DNA of 64,000 bases, from NCBI GenBank assembly GCA_965206645.1, contig CBDBKE010000004.1, positions 416,001-480,000 on the forward strand, given 5' to 3'. Positions 53,422-63,307 of the stretch are shown piece after piece (the first letter of the stretch is position 1; the number at the start of each line of letters is the position of its first letter). A program made the translations under genes and the position numbers. Origin of the DNA: Terriglobia bacterium. Lineage in GTDB: Bacteria > Acidobacteriota > Terriglobia > JAJPHL01 > JAPKYU01. Under the pieces are notes generated by a model, which saw only the letters and a list, made by a program, of their open reading frames with translations, made no database searches and had not been told where the DNA came from.

Positions 53422-53660
53422 ATGGCGAGGCCACGGCTAGGCGAGTCGGAACGGCGGACACGCACGATCGGCGTGCGGGTGACGGAGGCCGAGGAGGCAG
53501 AGCTGCGGGAGCGAGCCCAAGCCGCGCGCCTCTCCATGGGAGCCTACCTGCGCCGCCGGGCGCTGGGTCAGCGGGTGCGGCGCGCGGTTGAGCGGCGGCT
53601 GGGAGCGGCGGAGATGCGGGAGTTGAACCGGATCGGGGTGAATCTGAATCAAATGGCGCT
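53422..53660 (+). pseudogene. mobC: MobC relaxosome accessory protein, truncated
   Basis: Ribbon-helix-helix N-terminus and ELNRIGVNLNQMA; collides with the hsdR 3' end. Confidence 0.8.
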
Positions 53661-56600
53661 TGCTTCCCCCGCTGCCTTCACCATCAACCCCGACTGGACC
53701 GCCTTCAGTGTGTCGAAAATCCCTTCGATCACGTTTTTCTTTCCACCAAACAATGTCTCCGGCCCCCCGGCGTGCAGGTTGCTGAAGGGCGGTTCGTAGA
53801 GAGCCGATGCCTCCATAACGCCTCGGGCCGTGAGCTGGTCGATCACCATCTCGACGAAGCGGATCTGCGGTGGCGTGAGGCTCTGGTCGGAGAGGAAGCC
53901 GGAGAAGGCGCGCTGCGCCGCGGCGCGATCCATCCCCACCATGTTCCGAACGAAGTGGGCCAGCGATGGCGCCTCGCTACGGGCCAGGAGGCCCGTCAAC
54001 AACGTCTGGCCGTCGTCCTCGCCGATCTCCGCCAGGGTCCTCTCCAATCCCAGCAAATCGGTCGCGGTGAGCGGCTGGTTGGTTCGTAGACGGTGGATGA
54101 CGATGTGGTCGAGGTGGTTCTTCAGGTAGGCCTTGACCTTCTTCTCATACTGGACACCGGTCATCTTCGGCATGTGGACGACCTCTTCATCTCGCACGCC
54201 TATAACCTGATCCTGGAAGTCGGTGTAGACGATCTTCTGCTTCTTCTTGTCGAGGAAGGGCACCAGCCTGCGTAGGCGCAGCCGCAACGCTTCGAGACCG
54301 TGCAGGTCGACCCCCTCCCAGAAGCCGCTCTCCTGCATGGAAGCCAGGAATTCGAGCTGGGCCTTGACGGCGGGGATCGTCGTCTTCTCCTCCAGCAGCA
54401 TGGCGATTTCGACCATCCGCTGCCGGTGACTCTCGACGGCGCTCATGTTGCCCTCGGCCAGGGCTACCTGCATGCGAAGGGCTGTGAGATCGAACATCCG
54501 TGACTCGATCTCATCTGTCTCGACCTCGCTTGGCAGCCCGGCGACTTCACGCTGTAGCACCTCACGGTCCGCGTCGCTGAGCTGTTCCCATGTCGTGCGC
54601 TCCCGGAAGCGATCCACGGCCTCCAGGTGCATCCGGACGATAAAGTTCTCGCGGTTCATCGCCGCCACTTCCCCATGGAGTTCCGTGATCAGGGCGCCCG
54701 CGAGCGCCGTATCCGGGTCCAGGTCGGGCGTCGCCTGGACATGGGTCAGCAGTTGCACCCGGGAGCGGAAGAGGCGGGTGCCGAGCGGGACGATACCGCG
54801 TCCCTCGATGCCCTCTGGATTCTCGCGGAAGAAGTCGAAATTGAAGCAGAAGTCGAAGACGCGGAAGTCCTGCTTGTCGTCGCCGGGACCGAACAGTTCC
54901 GGACAGAGTCGCGTGCCGCGTCCGATCATCTGCCAGAACTTGATCTTCGAGTAGACCGGCTTGAAGAAGACCAGGTTCGCGACCTCGGGAATGTCGATGC
55001 CGGTGTCGAGCATGTCGACCGAGATGGCAATGTGCGGCGCGTTGTCCTTCTGTGAGAAGTGGTCGAGGAGACTCTGCGGATACGTCGCATAGTGGTCAAT
55101 GACGCGCGCGAAGTGTCCCTTGTGCTGCGGGTAGTGGTGATTGAATCGCTCCTCGATGAACTGCGCGTGCGTGTGGTTGCGGGCGAAGAGAATCGTCTTG
55201 GCTAGCCGGTCCCGCCCTTCGACTTTGTGGCCATGTTCCATCAGGTGCTGGAGCACCTTGTCCACCGTGTCCTTGTTGAAGAGCCAACTGTTGAGGGCGG
55301 TGGCGTTGACCTTGTTCGGCAGACTGCTCTCGTCCACGTCGTCGCCCCAGTCGAGGCTCTCCCACTGTTCCTTCTCCTCGTCGCTGAGCGAGTCGTAGTC
55401 GATGCCTTCGCGGGGAAACTGCAGGTCCACCTGCTGCACGCGCGGTGGCACGAGGAAGCCGTCCGCGACGGCGGTCTCCAGTTCGTAGGCGTCGGTCGGC
55501 ACGCCCGACTCCAGGTCGAAGAGTGCGTAGGTGTTTCTGTCTACCTGCTCCCCTGGTGTCGCAGTCAGACCGATCAGCAGCGAGTCGAAGTAGCGGAAGA
55601 TCGCCCCGTACTTCTGGTACACCGAGCGATGCGCTTCGTCGATGATCACGAGATCGAAATGCCCGACGCTGAAGCGCGCCTCGCTGCCCTTCGTCTCGTT
55701 AATCAGTCCCATCATCGTCGGATAGGTGCAGACATAGACTCGACCCGTCGTGTCCTTCTCGGCGACCAGGTTCACCGGGCTGGACTGGGGAAGGTGTGCT
55801 TTGAACGCACCAACGGCTTGGTTCACCAGCGACACCCGGTCGGTCAGGAACAACGCCCGCTTCACCCAGCCCGCCCGTTGCAGCAGGTCCACCAGGGCGA
55901 TCGCCGTGCGTGTCTTGCCGCTGCCGGTGGCCATCACCAGCAGCGCCTTGCGTCGCGTCTGCGCGAACTGCTCGCCGATGCTGCCAATGGCCCGCTTCTG
56001 GTAGTAGCGCTCGACGATGTCGTCCTTCACCTGCGACACATCGAGCGGGGAGCGCTGGGCTCGGCGAATGATCAGGGACGCGAGCTCGTCCTTCTTGTAG
56101 AACCCGGCGACCGGACGTGGCGGGTAGGCGAGGTCATCCCACAGGAAGGTCTCGTACCCGTTGGTGTAGAAGATGACCGGACGCTGGCCGTGCATCGTCT
56201 CCAGGCAGTCGGCGTAGAGCTTCGCCTGCTGCTGGCCCACTGCCGGGTCGACGGTGGTCTTCTTCGCCTCCACCACCGCCAGCGGCTTGCCGTCGTCTCC
56301 CCAGAGGACATAGTCGGCATAGCCGATGCCCGAATCGTTCGGCATGCCCGTCACTTCGTATTCACGGTCCTGTTCCCGGTCCAGATGCCATCCGGCGCGT
56401 TCCAGATCGAGATCGATGATGAGCGTGCGGGTCTTGTCCTCGTTCCAGTCGTGGGTCTCGGGGAAACCTTCGTTCTCCGCCTTGATGGCCGCGAGGCGTC
56501 CACGCACCGCTTCAAGTTCGCTCTCGATCTCCTTGCGGGCCTCCGCCGCCGCATCCCGCTGGGCCTTCAGAGCCTCCAGCTCCTGGACGCTGGCTGGGGT

Positions 56601-57053
56601 AATTGCCGGTTCCACGTTCGGGACGAGGGATTCGTCGAAGGTCTTGCCCTGCAGACTCTCCGCGCCCTTGCGCAGGTAGGTGCGGCCCGTCCAGTAGAGG
56701 ACGTGATACAGCTCTCGCAGGACGTCGAGCGCCTTCTCGGGCGCGGGCGTCTTGGTACCGTGAACCGCGACCTTGCCCGCCTGGCGGACGAACTCGGCTT
56801 TCTGCCAGATGACCTCGGGCACGAGTTCGCGGAAGGCAAGGTCGCTGATGTAGCCGTCCAGGTTCGTGACCTTCAGCGGCTTCAGCGCCTTCTCGACCTT
56901 GTAGACACGCTTGAGCAGACGCTCCAGTGCGTGCCGGGCATGGAAGCAGGACGCCCGTGGGTCGCCGAAGACATGCCGCTCCGCAAAACTCGCACTCTCC
57001 GCCGCGTGCGGGAACTCTTGTTTCAGGAACGCGAAGTTGGCCGAGATCTCCAT
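53649..57053 (-). CDS. hsdR: Type I restriction enzyme R subunit
   Basis: ADYVL...VVEAKK nuclease, MATGSGKT, DEAH, QMIGRGTR. Confidence 0.95.
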   Translation of the reverse strand: MEISANFAFLKQEFPHAAESASFAERHVFGDPRASCFHARHALERLLKRVYKVEKALKPLKVTNLDGYISDLAFRELVPEVIWQKAEFVRQAGKVAVHGTKTPAPEKALDVLRELYHVLYWTGRTYLRKGAESLQGKTFDESLVPNVEPAITPASVQELEALKAQRDAAAEARKEIESELEAVRGRLAAIKAENEGFPETHDWNEDKTRTLIIDLDLERAGWHLDREQDREYEVTGMPNDSGIGYADYVLWGDDGKPLAVVEAKKTTVDPAVGQQQAKLYADCLETMHGQRPVIFYTNGYETFLWDDLAYPPRPVAGFYKKDELASLIIRRAQRSPLDVSQVKDDIVERYYQKRAIGSIGEQFAQTRRKALLVMATGSGKTRTAIALVDLLQRAGWVKRALFLTDRVSLVNQAVGAFKAHLPQSSPVNLVAEKDTTGRVYVCTYPTMMGLINETKGSEARFSVGHFDLVIIDEAHRSVYQKYGAIFRYFDSLLIGLTATPGEQVDRNTYALFDLESGVPTDAYELETAVADGFLVPPRVQQVDLQFPREGIDYDSLSDEEKEQWESLDWGDDVDESSLPNKVNATALNSWLFNKDTVDKVLQHLMEHGHKVEGRDRLAKTILFARNHTHAQFIEERFNHHYPQHKGHFARVIDHYATYPQSLLDHFSQKDNAPHIAISVDMLDTGIDIPEVANLVFFKPVYSKIKFWQMIGRGTRLCPELFGPGDDKQDFRVFDFCFNFDFFRENPEGIEGRGIVPLGTRLFRSRVQLLTHVQATPDLDPDTALAGALITELHGEVAAMNRENFIVRMHLEAVDRFRERTTWEQLSDADREVLQREVAGLPSEVETDEIESRMFDLTALRMQVALAEGNMSAVESHRQRMVEIAMLLEEKTTIPAVKAQLEFLASMQESGFWEGVDLHGLEALRLRLRRLVPFLDKKKQKIVYTDFQDQVIGVRDEEVVHMPKMTGVQYEKKVKAYLKNHLDHIVIHRLRTNQPLTATDLLGLERTLAEIGEDDGQTLLTGLLARSEAPSLAHFVRNMVGMDRAAAQRAFSGFLSDQSLTPPQIRFVEMVIDQLTARGVMEASALYEPPFSNLHAGGPETLFGGKKNVIEGIFDTLKAVQSGLMVKAAGEASAI

Positions 57054-57059
57054 CGAGGT

Positions 57060-58217
57060 TCAGAGGTCTCCTCGGAAGGCGCGGGCTTGCAGGGAGGTGA
57101 AGAAGGTGTCGAGTTCGGCCAGGTGGGCGTGCTGGCTGGCCTTCTGGCGTTCGACGGATTCGACGATGGCGGCGAAGCGATGTTGGAGGTTGAGGGGTGG
57201 ATTCGTTAGTCGGATGCTCTTCACATCATTGAAATTCAGGCCCGCCTTAACTCCCTCACGATTGAGCCGGTTGAATTGAGCTTGCCCACCTTTCGAGGCC
57301 AACTGATAGCTGACAAAGACCGGGTTCAGGCTCGTAAACCTTAGGATTGCAAGATGCTGGTTGATATGAGCCTTAGCAATGCCACCAGGGACGACCGCGG
57401 TTCTGCCTAAGTCGGCGGTGATGCTTAGCAGAACGTCTCCAGGCTCAACCGTTGTTCGCTTCGCCTCTGCGGATTCAGGTGCGTTGACGAAGGCGCTGTC
57501 ATCAAGATCAAGTTGTCCGCCCTTCAGATTCTGAATCCTAATGAACGTGTCGCCCTCCTTTGCATAGTACCTAGCCCACCCCCGTGAACCGCTGGTCAGA
57601 AAACTGATCTCGTCACCCACGCTGACGACTTCCCACCCCATGGGATTGGTGACGGGGTCGCCGAACATGTCGAGGAAGGTGGATTGGAGGAGGGTGTCGA
57701 GCTGGGCGAGGGCCTCGCGGCGCTTGGCCCGCAAGGCGTCCGCCGCATCCAGAATCCGCGCGATCCGCTTCTGCTCGGCGAGGGGCGGGAGGGGGATCTG
57801 GATCTTGAACACCTCGGCAGGTCTGGCCCTGAGCAGCGACCCGCCAACGCCCGAGACTGTCCGCATGAAAGCCGAGTGAAAAACATCTCCGACCAACTGC
57901 CACCGCAAGTATTTCGGCCAAATGCGCTCGTCTCTGAAAATGATCCATTCGCCCGATGCGATCTGACGATGTCCCTTGGCTGGCCCAACAACACACGCCC
58001 GACGGATGTGCGGAACGATGCGCGAGATCATCACGTCGTTCGGCTGGACAGCTTTCTTTGAAGAGCCAATTGCAGAGCCAGCAACTACTTCAGGAACACC
58101 GGCATCGAAAGCGGGGATGCTATAAAGCTCGAACACTCCGTCCTGGTGCTTCTTGGGATCTACAGAGCCACCTTTGCGAAGAGCAATGTCTCCCGTTGAG
58201 ATCATGTTCCACTTCAT
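57060..58217 (-). CDS. hsdS: Type I restriction enzyme specificity subunit
   Basis: Two variable regions with conserved IPLPPLAEQKRI and PPLNLQHRF segments. Confidence 0.93.
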   Translation of the reverse strand: MKWNMISTGDIALRKGGSVDPKKHQDGVFELYSIPAFDAGVPEVVAGSAIGSSKKAVQPNDVMISRIVPHIRRACVVGPAKGHRQIASGEWIIFRDERIWPKYLRWQLVGDVFHSAFMRTVSGVGGSLLRARPAEVFKIQIPLPPLAEQKRIARILDAADALRAKRREALAQLDTLLQSTFLDMFGDPVTNPMGWEVVSVGDEISFLTSGSRGWARYYAKEGDTFIRIQNLKGGQLDLDDSAFVNAPESAEAKRTTVEPGDVLLSITADLGRTAVVPGGIAKAHINQHLAILRFTSLNPVFVSYQLASKGGQAQFNRLNREGVKAGLNFNDVKSIRLTNPPLNLQHRFAAIVESVERQKASQHAHLAELDTFFTSLQARAFRGDL

Positions 58218-59698
58218 CCCAGCATCCCCTCCAACTCCTTACGTCCCTTCGCGATGTCCTCCTCCAACGCCGCTAGCCGCCCAAGGATCACCTTCGGTGG
58301 GTCGCACTCCACCGCCTGGTAACTGACCTCCTTGTAGCGGTTGATGGAAAGGTCGTAGTCGTTGCCCGCGATCTCGGCCTTGGGCACGAGGAAACTCTGG
58401 TCCGTCCGCGCCCGCTTGCGCTCCGCCTCGCGGTTCCGCCAGCGGGCGAGGATGTCGGCGAGGTCGCTGTTGTCGGGTTGCGGCGTGCGCTTGTCGTCCA
58501 GCGAGTAGCCGTCCGCCTGCATGTCGTAGAACCAGACGTCGTCCGTGCCGGCGGAGTTGGTCTTGGTGAAGAACAGGATGGCGGTGGAGACGCCGGCGTA
58601 GGGTTTGAAGACACCGGAGGGCATGGAGACGATGGCGTCGAGCTTCTGCTCCTCGACCAGAATCTTGCGCAGGGTCCTGTGCGCTTTGCTCGACCCGAAG
58701 AGCACGCCGTCGGGCACGATGCCGGCGGCGCGGCCGCCGGTCTGGAGCAGGCGCAGAAACAGGGCAAGGAACAGCAGCTCGGTCTTCTTGGTCTTGACGA
58801 CCTGCTGCAGGTCCTTGGCGGTGGACTCGTAGTCGAGACTGCCCGCAAACGGCGGATTGGCGAGGACCAAGGAGTACTTCTCCGCGTCATCATCGTCGGT
58901 CTGGGCCAGCGAGTCCTTGTAGCGGATGTCTGGGTTCTCCACGCCGTGCAGCAGCATGTTCATACTGCCGATGCGCAGCATGGTGTTGTCGAAGTCGTAG
59001 CCGTGGAACGTGTCCTCGTTGAAGTGGCGGCGCGCCGTAGCGTTCTTGTAGATGGTGTCGCTGTGGTGCTCCACTAGGTGCTCAGACGCGGCAACGAGGA
59101 AGCCCGCCGTGCCGCAGGCCGGGTCGCAGATCACGTCCTTGGGCGTCGGGGCGGTCATGATCACCATCAGACGGATGATGTGACGCGGCGTGCGGAACTG
59201 ACCGTTCTGTCCGGCGGTGGCAATCTTGCCGAGCATGTACTCGTAGAGGTCGCCCTTGGTGTCGCTGTCGGCCATATCAATGCCGTCGAGTTGGTCGACG
59301 ACGTTGGCCAGCACACGGGCCGTGGGCATCATGAAGAGGGCATCCTTCATATGGTGGCTGTACGTCGAGCCCCCCTCGCCATCCGCCTCCCCCTTCTGCC
59401 CGAGCGTCTTGATGAAGGAGAACACTCCGTCGCGGACCGTCTCAAACATCTGCTCCGGCGCGGCCTCTCTAAAGCGTGACCAGCGGAGTTTGTCCTGCTT
59501 GGCGGTGAAGATCGGATCCTCGATATGCTTGCCGGTGCGGGCGGCCTTGCGCTCCTTCAGGGTGTGTAGTTCGTCGAGCCGCTTGATGAAGAGCAGGTAG
59601 GTGAGCTGCTCGATGACCGAGAGCGGATTCGAGATGCCGCCAGACCACATCGTGTTCCAGATGCTGTCCACCTTGGATTTGAGTGCGCCGGTGATCAT
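58214..59698 (-). CDS. hsdM: Type I restriction-modification methyltransferase subunit
   Basis: GQFRTPRHI, DPACGTAGFL, NPPF. Confidence 0.95.
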   Translation of the reverse strand: MITGALKSKVDSIWNTMWSGGISNPLSVIEQLTYLLFIKRLDELHTLKERKAARTGKHIEDPIFTAKQDKLRWSRFREAAPEQMFETVRDGVFSFIKTLGQKGEADGEGGSTYSHHMKDALFMMPTARVLANVVDQLDGIDMADSDTKGDLYEYMLGKIATAGQNGQFRTPRHIIRLMVIMTAPTPKDVICDPACGTAGFLVAASEHLVEHHSDTIYKNATARRHFNEDTFHGYDFDNTMLRIGSMNMLLHGVENPDIRYKDSLAQTDDDDAEKYSLVLANPPFAGSLDYESTAKDLQQVVKTKKTELLFLALFLRLLQTGGRAAGIVPDGVLFGSSKAHRTLRKILVEEQKLDAIVSMPSGVFKPYAGVSTAILFFTKTNSAGTDDVWFYDMQADGYSLDDKRTPQPDNSDLADILARWRNREAERKRARTDQSFLVPKAEIAGNDYDLSINRYKEVSYQAVECDPPKVILGRLAALEEDIAKGRKELEGMLG

Positions 59699-59882
59699 GA
59701 CCTCTCCTTCAATCCTGCCTGTTCAGTAGCCTACACCGCTAGCCAGCTAGATTCGGACTTCAGCAACGGGTTTTTGGTTAGCCATGATGCCCTCCTGTGA
59801 AGTTAAATGTTAGGGAGCGATCCGGCATTATGGCCTGCCGGGGAGCGGCCACGCGGCGGTATCTGCCTACGGGCGGCTGGCC

Positions 59883-60263
59883 GTGGAGCTGCCTTGCCGC
59901 GAGAATGGCGAAGGCGGCGAGGCGGCGGTGTTCTTTGGCCTGGTAGCGTTCGGCGAGCTGGCCGAATCCCTGGCCCTGCACGTGAAGGGCGACATGATGG
60001 GCGCGTTCGGGCGCGTCAAGATCAACCGCTACACGAATCGGGAGGGCGAGGCGCGGGAGGAACTGCAAATCATGGCCGACGGCCTGGTATCGGCCCGCAC
60101 CGTCCGGCCCGGCGGCGGGCGCAAGAATAAGGCGGCGGCCACGGCCACGGCGGCGGCGCTGCCGTTCGAGGTTCCGGCCACAGAGCGGAAACCCAAAGCG
60201 GTGGCGGCCTCGCGGCCCGTCACCGACCAGGACCCGATCACCGATGACGATATCCCGTTCTGA
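59883..60263 (+). CDS. ssb: Single-stranded DNA-binding protein, probably 5' truncated
   Basis: VAFGELAE...KGD OB-fold pattern and acidic DDDIPF tail. Confidence 0.8.
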   Translation: MELPCRENGEGGEAAVFFGLVAFGELAESLALHVKGDMMGAFGRVKINRYTNREGEAREELQIMADGLVSARTVRPGGGRKNKAAATATAAALPFEVPATERKPKAVAASRPVTDQDPITDDDIPF

Positions 60264-60315
60264 ATCCTTGGGCGCGTGGACATGATCGCCTGCCGTAAGG
60301 AGAGAGAGAGGACCA

Positions 60316-60684
60316 ATGATTGAGGCCAACATCCACCCGGAGCCGATCCCCGCGCGCGTCATGCGGCAGGTCGCAAGCGGCACGCTCGATGAAGCGCGGC
60401 TATTGCCGGCGCCGGACAAGCGCGAACGCGACGTAAGAAAGAGCCTGGCGAGGCTGGCGGAACACAAGAGCTGGTATCAGTTCGCGGCGGGTCAAGCCTA
60501 CGTGATGCTCCACGGCAAAGCGGCGGGCCAGCGCAACGCGGGGATTACGCTTGTCCGCGAGGCGACACGCTGGCGCGCGGAAGTGAAGCGGTACGCGCCG
60601 GACGGGCTGGCAGGATTCGACGCGCTGATTCAGCACGCACTGAGCAACCCGGTGCCGTTGCCGCAACGGCAGGACAGGCCGTGA
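60316..60684 (+). CDS. Hypothetical protein
   Basis: RBS, and GTGA coupling to the primase-like gene. Confidence 0.6.
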   Translation: MIEANIHPEPIPARVMRQVASGTLDEARLLPAPDKRERDVRKSLARLAEHKSWYQFAAGQAYVMLHGKAAGQRNAGITLVREATRWRAEVKRYAPDGLAGFDALIQHALSNPVPLPQRQDRP

Positions 60685-61646
60685 TCGGCTGGCTGGAGCT
60701 GGAACGCGCGGCGCAACAAGCTGGGTGGAAGCGCACCGGGCGCACCTGGCGGGGCGGGCCGTGCCCGTCATGCGGCGGCGGCACGCGGGATACAGCGTGG
60801 GTTGCGCCTGGCCGTCGCTCCGCGTTTATCGGCGGCTGCAACGGGGGCTGCACCGGGCCCGACGTCGCGCGGGCCTTGGTGCCGGACAGCGGCCCGTCGC
60901 CTGTGGTGTGGCGAGGGCCACGCACGCGGAACGCACACGCGCCGCAAGAAACCCCGCCCACGCTGCCGGAGCGCGCCTGGCGGGCGACTGAGCCCGTTGA
61001 ACACACACCCGGCGCAACCTACCTCACGGCGCGGGGACTGGCGGGACCGTGGCCGGTGTCTGTGCGCTGGCTGCCGACTGAATCCGCGCGGCGCGTGGGC
61101 CTGCAACCGTCGCTGCCGGCGGGCGCGGCCGGGTGCTTGGTCTATCGGTTCGCTTCGCCGGGGGAAGCCGACACCTACGCGGCGCAACTGGAAGCGGTGA
61201 ACACGGCCGGCGCGCGTGTGCTGTTCGCCACGGCTGGCAAGCGGCCAAGCGTCCGGGGCTCCACCTTCGCCCACGGCGCGCGCGTGTTCCATGCTGGCGG
61301 CGACGCCGATCGCGGCGTGCAACTGTGCGAGGGGCCGCTTGACGCGCTGGCGCTCATGCACCTGGAGCAGCTCGGGGCGGTGGAGCTTGCCGGCGGCGCG
61401 GTGCATGGCGCGCCGGGCGTGTCCGGGTTTCAACTGGCGGCGTGTCCGGGCCGGGGGCCGGTGACGTTGTGGCCGGACGCGGACGGGGCCGGAATCCGCG
61501 CGGCGCTGCGGTTGCGCCTGGCGCTTGAGGCGGCGGGCCGACGTTGCGCTGTCCGGCTCGCCGGGGACCTGGGCGACGTAGCAGATTGGGCGGCGCACAC
61601 AAGGAGAAAAAAATGGAGCACAGAAGACACCCGCAAAGTGAATTGA
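60681..61646 (+). CDS. Zn-finger + TOPRIM primase-like protein
   Basis: GPCPSCGG...CNGGC, YLTARGL, CEGPLDALA, WPDADGAG. Confidence 0.8.
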   Translation: MIGWLELERAAQQAGWKRTGRTWRGGPCPSCGGGTRDTAWVAPGRRSAFIGGCNGGCTGPDVARALVPDSGPSPVVWRGPRTRNAHAPQETPPTLPERAWRATEPVEHTPGATYLTARGLAGPWPVSVRWLPTESARRVGLQPSLPAGAAGCLVYRFASPGEADTYAAQLEAVNTAGARVLFATAGKRPSVRGSTFAHGARVFHAGGDADRGVQLCEGPLDALALMHLEQLGAVELAGGAVHGAPGVSGFQLAACPGRGPVTLWPDADGAGIRAALRLRLALEAAGRRCAVRLAGDLGDVADWAAHTRRKKWSTEDTRKVN

Positions 61647-62077
61647 AACCCAGCATGAGCACGCATGAATTCAGCGCGCTGGTCGAATCCATGAAGGCAC
61701 ACGGATTCGATGACAGCTTCCCGATTCTCTTATTCGAGAACCAAATCGTTGACGGGTGGCAACGCTACAAAGCGGCACTGAAGGCCGGCGTGACGCCTGC
61801 GTTTCGGGTGTGGCGCGGGGCAAAGGCGAAGCTGCAAGCGTTGGTCATCTACGCCAATTCCACGAGGCGGCATCTATCGAAGGCCACACACGCGGCCGTG
61901 CTGGTGAAGGCTCGCGCCGGCGGCCTAACAATCACCAACAAGGAAATCGCTATGGCAACAGGGGCCAGCATACCGACTGTCGGCGAGCAGGACCGACTTC
62001 GGCGCATTAACCCGAAGATCGCAGACGAGGTGGCAGACGGCAAGACCAAGGCGACGTGGGCTCGGAGGGAGGGGTGA
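61613..62077 (+). CDS. ParB N-terminal-like domain protein
   Basis: EFSALVESMKAHG...PILL...IVDGWQRY, N..RRHL. Confidence 0.7.
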   Translation: MEHRRHPQSELKPSMSTHEFSALVESMKAHGFDDSFPILLFENQIVDGWQRYKAALKAGVTPAFRVWRGAKAKLQALVIYANSTRRHLSKATHAAVLVKARAGGLTITNKEIAMATGASIPTVGEQDRLRRINPKIADEVADGKTKATWARREG

Positions 62078-63186
62078 TGGCGACACGCGAGGAAGTAGAG
62101 CGGACGTTGTGTGCATATGAGCCGGGGCCGGACGATCCGAGCCTGGCCGACATCATGCGGGGACCCCTTGACGCGGCGGGCGCACACGCGGCGGTTGAGC
62201 CCGAGCCCTGCCCGGCCATAAACGGAGACACCTGGATCGGGCCGTGGCCGGAACGCGAATGGCTGATACCCGGCTGGTTGCCAGTCGGCCGGCTGGGTAT
62301 GCTGTCGGGCCGCGGCGGGCGCGGCAAATCTCGCCTGGCGCTGCAACTGGCGGCTCGCATAGCGGCCGTGCCGGCGGCGCGCGGGGCATTAGTGCCGGAG
62401 GGGCGCGGGCAGGGGGACTGGGCGGCGGTGAGGAGTGCGAACTTAGAACTCGACGCCACGCACGCCGGGCCTGTGGTTTACGTGTCTTGGGAAGATGAAC
62501 GCGAGGAAGCGGGGCGGCGCATTGCTCAATTCGGCGCGGACGGGCTCGCGGTCCCCGACGCACTGGCCGGGCGGCTGCGGTATCTCGACCTTCGCGGCGA
62601 GGGGCCGCTGTGGGGGCCGTTCGGCGAGGGCCGGAGCCTGACCGCGGTGGGCGACCTGACGCCGGCCGGCCGGCGCGTGCGGGACACGTGCGAAGCGCTG
62701 GACGCGCGGTTGCTGATTCTGGATAGCCTGGCCGGGGCTTACGGCTCAGATGAGAACGTGCGGGCGCTTGTGAGGCTTTTCTGTGCGAGTTGGGACAGGT
62801 GGGCGACTGACAAGCGGTGTGCCGTGATGTTGATCGCCCACCCGCCAAAGACGGTTGCCGGCGCGGGTATTGGACAGGTTGACAGAGACTATGCCGGCTC
62901 AACCGACTGGCACGGCGCGGCGCGCTGGCGCTGGACGCTGGACCCGGCCGATACGGGCGAGGCCACGCCGGGCCTGAGCGGCGGCAGGGGACAACCGAAG
63001 CCGGTTGAGGCGCTGGCGCTCTCGCTGGCAAAGTCTTCCTATGGCCCTGGCGGCCGTCGCCTATTCCTGGAACCGTCGGCCAGCGGAACCGGATGGCTGG
63101 GCGTGTCAAGCGCGCGCGCGACACAACAGGCCGTCGCGGCACAACAGGCTATGGAAGGGGGAGACGACGATGCAATCCGGTGGTAA
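62077..63186 (+). CDS. AAA_25 / RepA-type helicase ATPase
   Basis: EWLIPGWLP, Walker A GRGGRGKS, Walker B LLILDSL, IAHPPK, AGST. Confidence 0.85.
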   Translation: MATREEVERTLCAYEPGPDDPSLADIMRGPLDAAGAHAAVEPEPCPAINGDTWIGPWPEREWLIPGWLPVGRLGMLSGRGGRGKSRLALQLAARIAAVPAARGALVPEGRGQGDWAAVRSANLELDATHAGPVVYVSWEDEREEAGRRIAQFGADGLAVPDALAGRLRYLDLRGEGPLWGPFGEGRSLTAVGDLTPAGRRVRDTCEALDARLLILDSLAGAYGSDENVRALVRLFCASWDRWATDKRCAVMLIAHPPKTVAGAGIGQVDRDYAGSTDWHGAARWRWTLDPADTGEATPGLSGGRGQPKPVEALALSLAKSSYGPGGRRLFLEPSASGTGWLGVSSARATQQAVAAQQAMEGGDDDAIRW

Positions 63187-63307
63187 CACAGACCCGGCAG
63201 CCGTCAGCAACCACGCGGCGGCGGCGTGGGCCGAGGCCGATCCGCGCGAGGCCGTGATCGTGGCGGCGAGTGAAGACGGCCAAGCGGCGCTCATGCGCGC
63301 GGCCGAC

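Noticed and set aside
55227-57209. 660-aa plus-strand ORF and many similar long overlapping ORFs
   Set aside because: Antisense shadows of well-supported genes in GC-rich DNA.
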